DNA of 13,294 bases from an uncultured bacterium (GTDB lineage Bacteria > Abyssobacteria > SURF-5). Position 1 is the stretch's first letter. Each line of letters starts with the position of its first letter. The stretch lies in assembly GCA_964510165.1 (NCBI GenBank), contig CAZEBC010000050.1, forward strand, positions 9,533 to 22,826, read 5' to 3'. The notes below the pieces were generated by a model. It was not told the DNA's origin. It saw only the letters and a program-made list of their open reading frames with translations, and did not search any database. The position numbers and the translations under genes were made by a program. Below are positions 1 to 7,354 of the stretch, piece after piece.

Positions 1-111
1 GCGCTGCTGGCATTGTGGTTGTTTTTTTACTTGCTGGGGCAAGCGTTGCTCGCGGTGCCCTCCTCATTCCATGACGGCGCCGTCTGGCAGGTTGATTATT
101 GGGAGCGCTGA
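1..111 (+). CDS. 3' end of a small membrane protein (5' truncated by window edge), upstream member of the MoxR operon
   Basis: Frame 1 is open from base 1: ALLALWLFFYLLGQALLAVPSSFHDGAVWQVDYWER*, a hydrophobic helix followed by PSSFHDGxxW. Its TGA (109-111) overlaps the next ATG (111-113, TGATG). It is absent from the ORF track because it is truncated. Confidence 0.75.
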   Translation, partial: ALLALWLFFYLLGQALLAVPSSFHDGAVWQVDYWER

Positions 112-1907
112 TGGGATCAAAGAAGAGTGACCGGCCGGGTCCGAGCTTCATCAACATCATGGAGGAGGCCATTCATTTGCTCCGGACTGCGCCCTTCGGC
201 GCTGTGGCGTCTTATTACATTGGCAGTCTGCCATTTGTGCTTGCGTTGCTTTACTTCTGGGCCGATATGAGCAAGAGCGCCTTCGCGTACTCGCAAGTGG
301 CGGGCGGGTCGCTCGGTCTCGCGGCTTTGTTTGTTTGGATGAAGATGTGGCAGACAGCCTTTGCCCGCCGACTGTGGCGCGAGGTCTCGGGGGAACCTGC
401 CGAGCGCTGGTCAGTCGGCCGGTATCTGAGAGTAGCGGTCAGGCAAACCATTATCCATGCCTCGGGCCTCTTTCTTCTCCCCGTGGCGTTGTTGGCGACC
501 GTGCCCTTCGGCTGGGTCCATGCGTTCTATCAGAATGCGACCGTGCTCGATGACGGCGCAAAGGGCGACATTCGAGGTCTGATGCGAAAGGCTGCCGAAC
601 TGTCGCGCCCGTGGCAGAAGCAGAATGTTCTCCTCATCTGGTCTCTCAGTCCGTACCTGATGGTGACTGCGGCGACTCTCTTTCTCGTGATTATGCCGGT
701 CATACGCGCGGTCACTCTGGAATGGACGGGCTTTTTCCTCTATTTGGCGGTGGCCGTGTTTCTGCTGGTGTTGGCGCCGCTGAGTCCGCTCGGGGTTATA
801 ATCGCAGCCAACATAGCTGCGACCATAGCGTATCTGCCTGACCTGGTCAAGACGCTGCTGGGCATACAGACCATCTTTGTGAAGACGCCCGCCGCCATAT
901 TCAATTCGACGTTCTTTGCGCTCGTGTGCGGACTGGCCTATCTGTGCATGGACCCCGCCTTGAAGGCGTCGTACGTGCTGCGATGCTTTTATCTTGAGTC
1001 GCTCGGCACGGGCGAAGACCTTCGCGTTGAGCTTCGGCGGTCCGCAGCCAGAGCGACTGAAAAAGCGCGGGGAGCGACGTTTCTCTTGACGCTTTGCATA
1101 GCTATTCTCATGAGCGCGAGCGCGCAGGCGCGTGACATTGTTCACTTGCATGAGCGAACAACCATTCAGCCGGCGGACCTCGACCGCGCCCTCGATGACG
1201 AACTCCGGGATCGGCGTTACGCCTGGCGGATGCCGAGAATACCGCGCTCACAGCTTGAGGAAGAGGAAGGTTGGATAAATTCGTTCGTCATGAGAGCGAT
1301 GGATAAACTCGCCGATTGGGGCGAACCCATCCTCAGAAGGATCGACGGTTTCTTGGAGTGGCTCAAGAAGCTGATGCCGGAACGGCAAGAGACGGAGCGC
1401 CGCAAACTCAGTGAAATCAGCGAGACACTCCGTACAATCCTCTACATCCTATCCGGCGTTCTGCTCTGTGTCGTGGGCATCATGCTGTGGCGCGTGTGGA
1501 GACAGCGAGGCGCGGAAGCTCCGGAGGTCATCGCTCGCGCTTCCGACGCTCGACCCGATATCGAGGGCGAAAACGTCATCGCCGCGGACCTGCCGGAGGA
1601 GGAATGGCTGGCGCTGGCGAATGAGCTTATGGAGAAGGGCGAATTCAGGCAGGCGCTGCGCGCGGTGTTTTTGGCGAGCCTGGCGAGCCTTGGCGAGCGG
1701 AACCTCATAAGTATTGCGCGGTTCAAATCAAACCGGGACTACAAGCAAGAACTTGAGCGCCGGGCGCATGCACAGCCACAGGCGCTCGAGGCGTTTTCCC
1801 AAAACGCGTCCATTTACGAGGCGGCCTGGTACGGTCTTCACGAGGCCACTCGCGAGATGATCAATATGGCCATCAGGAACCAGGAGACCCTGCGCGTCTG
1901 TGAATAG
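111..1907 (+). CDS. Multi-pass membrane protein with C-terminal DUF4129-like domain
   Basis: Several TM segments in the N-terminal half. The C-terminus WLALANELMEKGEFRQALRAVFLASLASLGERNLISIARFKSNRDYKQEL...YEAAWYG fits the DUF4129 pattern. Start placed at ATG 111 rather than the track's TTG 99, given GGGAG at 101-105 and TGATG coupling. Confidence 0.8.
   Translation: MGSKKSDRPGPSFINIMEEAIHLLRTAPFGAVASYYIGSLPFVLALLYFWADMSKSAFAYSQVAGGSLGLAALFVWMKMWQTAFARRLWREVSGEPAERWSVGRYLRVAVRQTIIHASGLFLLPVALLATVPFGWVHAFYQNATVLDDGAKGDIRGLMRKAAELSRPWQKQNVLLIWSLSPYLMVTAATLFLVIMPVIRAVTLEWTGFFLYLAVAVFLLVLAPLSPLGVIIAANIAATIAYLPDLVKTLLGIQTIFVKTPAAIFNSTFFALVCGLAYLCMDPALKASYVLRCFYLESLGTGEDLRVELRRSAARATEKARGATFLLTLCIAILMSASAQARDIVHLHERTTIQPADLDRALDDELRDRRYAWRMPRIPRSQLEEEEGWINSFVMRAMDKLADWGEPILRRIDGFLEWLKKLMPERQETERRKLSEISETLRTILYILSGVLLCVVGIMLWRVWRQRGAEAPEVIARASDARPDIEGENVIAADLPEEEWLALANELMEKGEFRQALRAVFLASLASLGERNLISIARFKSNRDYKQELERRAHAQPQALEAFSQNASIYEAAWYGLHEATREMINMAIRNQETLRVCE
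1672..1698 (+). repeat. Short intragenic tandem repeat (TGGCGAGC x3, period 9 then 10 nt)
   Basis: TGGCGAGCC TGGCGAGCC T TGGCGAGC read directly; lies within the LASLASLGER codons. Confidence 0.6.
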
Positions 1908-3201
1908 ACAGAATAGCAAGATCATCATCCTTTTCGCTGCGATCGTCGTTGCCTTCGTCCTGCAATTGGGCCAGCTTGTTGCTTTGCGTTTCGAGTCAGG
2001 CGATGTGTTCCCCGAGTATTCGTCGTTCAGAAGCGATCCGCTCGGCGTTCGGGCGTTCTACGAGGCGCTTGGCTCTTTGGATGGTGTCTCCGTCGCGCGC
2101 AATACCGAGCCTATTGTGGATATAGGCTCCGGCCGGGACAAGACCCTCATCGTATGCGGGGCGTATCCGTCAGAGGACCCCGAAGAGGAAATCCGCGCGC
2201 TGGAGAGTTTCGTGCTGGAGGGCGGGCGACTCGCTGTGACGTATTACCCGATATTTCATGCTCCCGCGGAATATCATGATGAAGAAGGAGAGTCCTGCCC
2301 CGATGGCCGATGTGGAGAAGGCAGACGCGATGAGAAGGACGCCAAGAAGAAAGATGGTGATGAGGCCGAGGACAAGAAAGATGAAGATGAGAAGGATAAG
2401 GGAGATGCAGAGGACGACCTCTGGTCCATAAAATTCGTGTCTATTGAAGAGCGGTGGGGATTCAAGTGCGATTACGCCCCGCTGCCAAAGACTGATGAAA
2501 ACGTGTATCCTGCCGTCGAGGCTCAAAAACATGACGGCCCCGACGCTCTGCCGCCCTCGCTCTCATGGCATTCGGCGCTGTTCTTCACCGAATTGGCGGA
2601 CGCGTGGCGGCCCTTCTATTTGAGGGATGGGCGCGCCGTTGTGATCGAGAGACAATGGGGACAGGGGAGTATCGTGCTGTGCGGCGACACGTATCATCTG
2701 AGCAACGAGGCGATGCGCGAGGAGCGGAGTCCGGCCTTTCTCGCCTGGATGGTCGGGCCATCTTCGACGGTCATTTTCGAGGAGACGATGCACAATGTTT
2801 GGGATAATCCGGGAATCATGACGCTGATGCGCCGGTACCGGCTTGACGGCGCGCTCGCAGTGCTGCTCCTTTTGGCGATGCTGTTCGTGTGGAAGAATGC
2901 CTATAGCCTCGTGCCAAGACGCGGCGGAACGGCTTCGGAAGAAACCGTATCCGGCAACGGCAGGGATTCGGCCTCCGGCCTGACAAACCTGCTGAGGCGG
3001 AGCATTCCGAGACGCAAGCTGGTCTCGGTCTGCGCCGAGGAATGGAATCGCTCAATCATTCACAATCCAACCGTCGGCCATGGGAAGCAGGCGTCGGTGC
3101 AGGCGGTGGTCGACCGCGAGATGGCGCTTCCGCTTAACCGGCGCGATCCGGTGAGGGCATACAAGAAAATCTGTGAAATCCTCAAGGAGAAGAATACGTG
3201 A
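1900..3201 (+). CDS. DUF4350-domain membrane-anchored protein
   Basis: N-terminal TM/signal, YSSFRSDPLGVRAFYEAL motif, FVLEGGRLAV, GQGSIVLCGDTYHLSNEAM, VIFEETMH, and a second TM near the C-terminus. It sits directly upstream of MoxR, and the GTG start overlaps the previous gene by 8 nt. Confidence 0.8.
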   Translation: MNRQNSKIIILFAAIVVAFVLQLGQLVALRFESGDVFPEYSSFRSDPLGVRAFYEALGSLDGVSVARNTEPIVDIGSGRDKTLIVCGAYPSEDPEEEIRALESFVLEGGRLAVTYYPIFHAPAEYHDEEGESCPDGRCGEGRRDEKDAKKKDGDEAEDKKDEDEKDKGDAEDDLWSIKFVSIEERWGFKCDYAPLPKTDENVYPAVEAQKHDGPDALPPSLSWHSALFFTELADAWRPFYLRDGRAVVIERQWGQGSIVLCGDTYHLSNEAMREERSPAFLAWMVGPSSTVIFEETMHNVWDNPGIMTLMRRYRLDGALAVLLLLAMLFVWKNAYSLVPRRGGTASEETVSGNGRDSASGLTNLLRRSIPRRKLVSVCAEEWNRSIIHNPTVGHGKQASVQAVVDREMALPLNRRDPVRAYKKICEILKEKNT

Positions 3202-4172
3202 ACGCGAATATCGAAAACTCCGAGTACTTGAGCCGGGTGCTGAGCCGGGCTCGCCAGGAAGTCGCCAAGGTCATCATCGGCCAGCAAGATGTCATCACCA
3301 AGGCGCTGGTCGCCATCTTCACCGGGCAGCATGCGTTGATCGAAGGTGTGCCGGGGACAGCGAAAACTCTGTTGGTGAGAACCCTCGCCTGTGTGCTGGG
3401 CTGTGAGTTCTCGCGCATCCAATTCACTCCCGACCTGATGCCGTCCGACATCATCGGGACCAATGTGTTCAATCTTCAACGCAACGAGTTCACGTTGGTC
3501 AAAGGGCCCATATTCACGACGTTTCTGCTCGCCGACGAAATCAATCGGGCGCCCGCCAAGACCCAGTCGGCGCTCTTGCAGGCGATGCAGGAGAGGCGCG
3601 TAACCATCGACAGGGAAACACACGCTCTTTCGCCGAACTTCACCGTATTCGCGACACAGAACCCGATTGAGTTTGAGGGGACCTATCCACTGCCCGAGGC
3701 GCAGAAGGATAGGTTCATGCTCAAGATAACGATGGAGTGCCCCAAACAGGACGAGGAGAATGAGCTTGCGCGGAGAATGCTCGGGAATCAATCTCCCGAA
3801 GACACGCTGGCACGAGGGGAAGTGGAGCAGGTGATCGCCTCCGATGCTTTGAGCCGGTTGCGGGCGGCGCTGCAAACCATTACCGTTCGCGACGAGCTTA
3901 TCGGATACATAGTGGACATCGTCAGGAAAACACGGGCCGACGAGGCTGTGCTCGTTGGCGCAAGCCCGCGCGCGACGCAGGCGCTGATATTGTCGTGCCG
4001 CGTGTTGGCGGCAGTGTCGGGCAGGGATTTCGTGACGCCCGACGACGTGAAGACCATGGCGCTTCCCGTGCTTGAACACCGAATCGTACTTCGGCCCGAA
4101 TACGAGATCGAGGGGTTGGCCGTACCCGAGGTCGTCCAGCGAATCCTTCAGCAAGTGACGGTGCCGCGATGA
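3198..4172 (+). CDS. moxR: MoxR-family AAA+ ATPase
   Basis: Walker A GVPGTAKT, RIQFTPDLMPSDIIG, Walker B LLADEINRAPAKTQSALL, ATQNPIEFEGTYPLPEAQKDRF, GASPRA, FVTPDDVK. RBS AAGGAG at 3184-3189; GTGA overlap with the upstream stop. Confidence 0.97.
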   Translation: MNANIENSEYLSRVLSRARQEVAKVIIGQQDVITKALVAIFTGQHALIEGVPGTAKTLLVRTLACVLGCEFSRIQFTPDLMPSDIIGTNVFNLQRNEFTLVKGPIFTTFLLADEINRAPAKTQSALLQAMQERRVTIDRETHALSPNFTVFATQNPIEFEGTYPLPEAQKDRFMLKITMECPKQDEENELARRMLGNQSPEDTLARGEVEQVIASDALSRLRAALQTITVRDELIGYIVDIVRKTRADEAVLVGASPRATQALILSCRVLAAVSGRDFVTPDDVKTMALPVLEHRIVLRPEYEIEGLAVPEVVQRILQQVTVPR

Positions 4173-5503
4173 TTGTGCCTCAGACGAGGCTGCTGTTCTG
4201 GGCGGGTTGCCTCCTTCTGCCCGCCTCAATTGTGATGGCGGCTGAGCCTTCGTTTTCGGGCGGCGCGCTCGCGGTCGGCGGGGTGTTTGTGCTCATTGCG
4301 CTCATTGACGCGGCGCTCGCGTTCGGGCGGCTCGACGGAATCAGCGCGTCGCTTCCCGAGATAGTGCGGCTGACCAAAGATCGCGAAGGACAAATCGAGG
4401 TGGCGATCGGAAACGAGCGCGGCGTTGCAAGACGGCTGCGGCTCGGGCTGGCGTTTCCGCCGGAGATTCGCTCGGAGTTCGAAGATGTGGCGACGACGTT
4501 GCCGAGCGGCGCGGCGCTTTCTCATGTCGCGTGGCCGTGTGCAGGTTTGAAGAGGGGCAATCACACTATCGAGAATGTTTATCTGGAGACGCCTTCGGCG
4601 CTGGGGTTCTGGGCGATACGCCGGACTGCTTCGGCTCGCTCGACGGTGCGGGTGTATCCGAACGTCATGCGCGAGCGAAAGAACCTTGCAGCGCTGTTTT
4701 TGAACAAGGGAATGCTGGGGCTGCACGCCCAGCGGCAAGTCGGAAAGGGAAGGGAGTTCGACAAGCTGAGGGAATACATCCCTGGCGACAGCTACGACGA
4801 TATACATTGGAAGGCCACCGCGAAAAGGAACCGGCCAATCACGAAGGTGTTCCAGATCGAGCGCACTCAGGAAGTGTACGTCGTTGTTGATGGGTCGCGA
4901 CTCAGTGCGCGCCCCGTAGAACTGGAGTCCGAAACGATGACCCAGCTCGAACGGTTCATCACTGCGGCCATGATACTTGGGCTTGTCGCCGAGCGGCAGG
5001 GAGACCTGTTCGGGGTGCTCGCGTTCAGCGACCAGGTGCGCGCATTTGTTCGGGCCAAGAACGGAAAGGCGCACTACAGCAGATGCCGCGACGCGCTCTA
5101 CGCGTTGGAGCCTGCGATGGTCAACGCCGATTTCGGAGAATTGTTTTCTTTCATCCGACTGCGCTTGCGCAGGCGCGCTTTGCTCATGTTCTTGACCAAC
5201 CTTGACGATCCCGTGCTTGCTGAAGACTTTGTAAGAAACCTGGACATGCTCGCGCGGCATCATCTCGTGCTGGTCAACATGCTCACTCCGCCCGATGTTG
5301 ACCCTCTGTTCACAAGGCCCGACGTTCACGCGGCGGACGATCTCTATCGGAAGCTTGCGGGTCACATCCAATGGCATAAACTGCGCGAACTCGAGACTGT
5401 CTTGAAGCGGCGCGGCGTCTCAATGAGCCTGCTCAAAAACGAGATGATGTGTCCGCAGCTTGTATCGCAATACATCAACGTCAAGCGGAGGCAACTACTG
5501 TGA
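4169..5503 (+). CDS. DUF58-domain (vWA-like) protein, MoxR partner
   Basis: Two N-terminal TM helices, VRVYPN, DUF58 signature EFDKLREYIPGDSYDDIHWKATAK, and vWA-like VYVVVDGSRLS. ATGA overlap with moxR. Confidence 0.92.
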   Translation: MIVPQTRLLFWAGCLLLPASIVMAAEPSFSGGALAVGGVFVLIALIDAALAFGRLDGISASLPEIVRLTKDREGQIEVAIGNERGVARRLRLGLAFPPEIRSEFEDVATTLPSGAALSHVAWPCAGLKRGNHTIENVYLETPSALGFWAIRRTASARSTVRVYPNVMRERKNLAALFLNKGMLGLHAQRQVGKGREFDKLREYIPGDSYDDIHWKATAKRNRPITKVFQIERTQEVYVVVDGSRLSARPVELESETMTQLERFITAAMILGLVAERQGDLFGVLAFSDQVRAFVRAKNGKAHYSRCRDALYALEPAMVNADFGELFSFIRLRLRRRALLMFLTNLDDPVLAEDFVRNLDMLARHHLVLVNMLTPPDVDPLFTRPDVHAADDLYRKLAGHIQWHKLRELETVLKRRGVSMSLLKNEMMCPQLVSQYINVKRRQLL

Positions 5504-6501
5504 TTGTGGACCTCCAGCGGTTCCTCGCGGCGGAGGAACCTTACTGGGACGAACTCGAAACATTGCTCGACCAACTGGAAAACCGCGTCGAGCGAACATT
5601 GAGTCTCGATGAGGCGAAACGGTTTCATTATCTCTACCAGCGGGCGTCCGCCGACCTCACCAGGCTTTCCGCCTTCGCGTCTCAGCCGCGCATGCATCAG
5701 TACCTCGAGGCGCTGGTGGCCAGGGCCTATGCCGAGATTCACGAGACTCGAGAGAAGCCGCATCGGTTCTCGCCGTTCACCTGGCTCTCCAAAACGTTCC
5801 CGCGCACGTTTAGGAAACACATACGAGCATTTGCCTTCGTGGTGATCATAACCGTGGTCGGCAGCCTGTTCGGAGGAATCGCGATTTATCTTGATCCAGA
5901 CTCGAAAAAGGTTCTCATGCCGTTCGAGCATTTGATGATGAGTCCGACGGAGCGCGTGGCTCGGGAGGAATCGCGGAAGGATGATCGTCTGGAAGGGTAC
6001 ACCGGAATGTTCTCCGCCTATCTCATGACGCACAACATTCGCGTCTCCGTATCCACGCTCGCACTCGGAATGACGTGGGGCATCGGCACCGTCATAGTGC
6101 TTTTCTACAATGGCGTCATGTTGGGAGCGGTCGCGTCAGACTATCTTCTTGCCGGTGAATCCCGATTTCTGGCCGGATGGCTTCTGCCGCACGGTTCCAT
6201 CGAGATACCGGCCATCCTTATCGCGGGCCAGGCCGGACTGCTGCTCGGAAGGGCGCTGATCGGGTGGGGCAGCTCCCGGTCTGTCAAGACGCGGCTGCGG
6301 TTAATACTGGACGACCTGGTAACGCTCATTCTTGGAGTGGCCATACTGCTGGTGTGGGCCGGAATAGTTGAGGCGTTCTTCTCGCAATACCATGAGCCGG
6401 TTCTGCCGTATTCGCTCAAAATCGCGTTTGGCATGGTTGAACTGACGCTCTTGTGCCTCTTCCTCGCGCTTTCGGGCAGGCGCGATGACGAAGCGCGCTG
6501 A
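5500..6501 (+). CDS. Stage II sporulation protein M-like (SpoIIM/DUF95) membrane protein
   Basis: YLMTHNIRVS, LFYNGVMLGAV, WLLPHGSIEIPAILIAGQAG, LLVWAGIVEAFFS motifs. Start moved from the track's 5449 to GTG 5500: GGAGG at 5487-5491 and a GTGA overlap with the DUF58 stop give MIVDLQRF. Confidence 0.9.
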   Translation: MIVDLQRFLAAEEPYWDELETLLDQLENRVERTLSLDEAKRFHYLYQRASADLTRLSAFASQPRMHQYLEALVARAYAEIHETREKPHRFSPFTWLSKTFPRTFRKHIRAFAFVVIITVVGSLFGGIAIYLDPDSKKVLMPFEHLMMSPTERVAREESRKDDRLEGYTGMFSAYLMTHNIRVSVSTLALGMTWGIGTVIVLFYNGVMLGAVASDYLLAGESRFLAGWLLPHGSIEIPAILIAGQAGLLLGRALIGWGSSRSVKTRLRLILDDLVTLILGVAILLVWAGIVEAFFSQYHEPVLPYSLKIAFGMVELTLLCLFLALSGRRDDEAR

Positions 6502-6521
6502 AAAAATCGGCTTGGTAAGAG

Positions 6522-7325
6522 ATGCGAATTGAAAAGACGAGCACACTGATAATCGAAACGCCGGAAGGGATATCGTTTTCCCTTGCGCTCGCGGGGCCGA
6601 TCACCCGCTTCTACGCATGGGCGATTGACCTGGCGTGCGTCTCCGTCATTGCATCGGTGATATCACAGTTGCTCTTCTTTCTTCAACTGATAAGCAGGGA
6701 CCTCGCCAGTATGGCGCTCATCCTGCTGTATTTTGGCGTCTCCATTGGGTACGGCATCGTGCTGGAATGGTGCTGGAGAGGACAGACGATCGGGAAACGC
6801 GTTATGAAACTGCGGGTCGTTGATGAGCAAGGGCTGCGCCTGCAATTCAGCCAGGTGGCGGTGAGAAACCTGCTGCGGTCCATTGATGCGATGCCGATGT
6901 TTTACCTGGTTGGCGGGGTCGCCTGTTTGCTGAGTCGTCGAGCGCAACGACTCGGGGATTACGCCGCCAACACTGTGGTAATCAGGAGCCGTACGGAGCC
7001 TGAGTATGACCTCGAAAGCGCTGAATCCAACAAGTATAATTCATTTCGCGAGTATCCTCACATGGAGGCCCGGCTGCGTCAGAGAGCATCGCCGCAGGAA
7101 GCCGCAGCGGCGCTTCAGGCGGTGCTGCGGCGCGACGAATTCGAACCCGCTGCCAGGATAAAGCTGTTCAGCGATTTCGCCTTCCATTTTCGGTCGATCA
7201 CCAGGTTTCCTGAGGAGGCGACCTTTGGCCTCACCGACGAACAGTACGTCCGCAACGTAGTTGACAGCCTGTTCAGGACGATGGAGCGCAAGTCGCGGGC
7301 CAAAGAAGAGAAGCGGGCTTCGTGA
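6522..7325 (+). CDS. RDD-family membrane protein with C-terminal extension
   Basis: IETPEGISFSLALAGPITRFYAWAID (R, D), GQTIGKRVMKLRVV, RNLLRSID, QRLGDYAANTVV. Confidence 0.92.
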   Translation: MRIEKTSTLIIETPEGISFSLALAGPITRFYAWAIDLACVSVIASVISQLLFFLQLISRDLASMALILLYFGVSIGYGIVLEWCWRGQTIGKRVMKLRVVDEQGLRLQFSQVAVRNLLRSIDAMPMFYLVGGVACLLSRRAQRLGDYAANTVVIRSRTEPEYDLESAESNKYNSFREYPHMEARLRQRASPQEAAAALQAVLRRDEFEPAARIKLFSDFAFHFRSITRFPEEATFGLTDEQYVRNVVDSLFRTMERKSRAKEEKRAS

Positions 7326-7354
7326 TTGTGTGAGCTTAGAGAAATGGATTCGGC

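Noticed and set aside
3229..3249. TGAGCCGGG direct repeat at 12-nt period near the moxR start
   Set aside because: Two copies only, explained by the helical peptide LSRVLSRA.
3060..5377. Two long antisense ORFs (389 aa at 3060-4229 and 383 aa at 4226-5377) that even overlap by 4 nt like an operon
   Set aside because: Each is exactly codon-aligned with the sense gene (moxR and DUF58), the usual shadow-ORF artefact in GC-rich DNA. The translations are R/H/P-rich with no recognisable motifs.
5449..5499. Track start of the SpoIIM-like gene at 5449
   Set aside because: It would overlap DUF58 by 55 nt. GTG 5500 has GGAGG at 8-nt spacing and a GTGA coupling.
5500..6501. Reading the SpoIIM-like gene as evidence of sporulation
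   Set aside because: This long form with a soluble N-terminus, next to RDD and DUF58, occurs in non-sporulating bacteria, and no sporulation genes are in the window.
7326..7354. Expected bidirectional terminator between the convergent RDD and rpoN genes
   Set aside because: No GC-rich stem with a U-tract on either strand.
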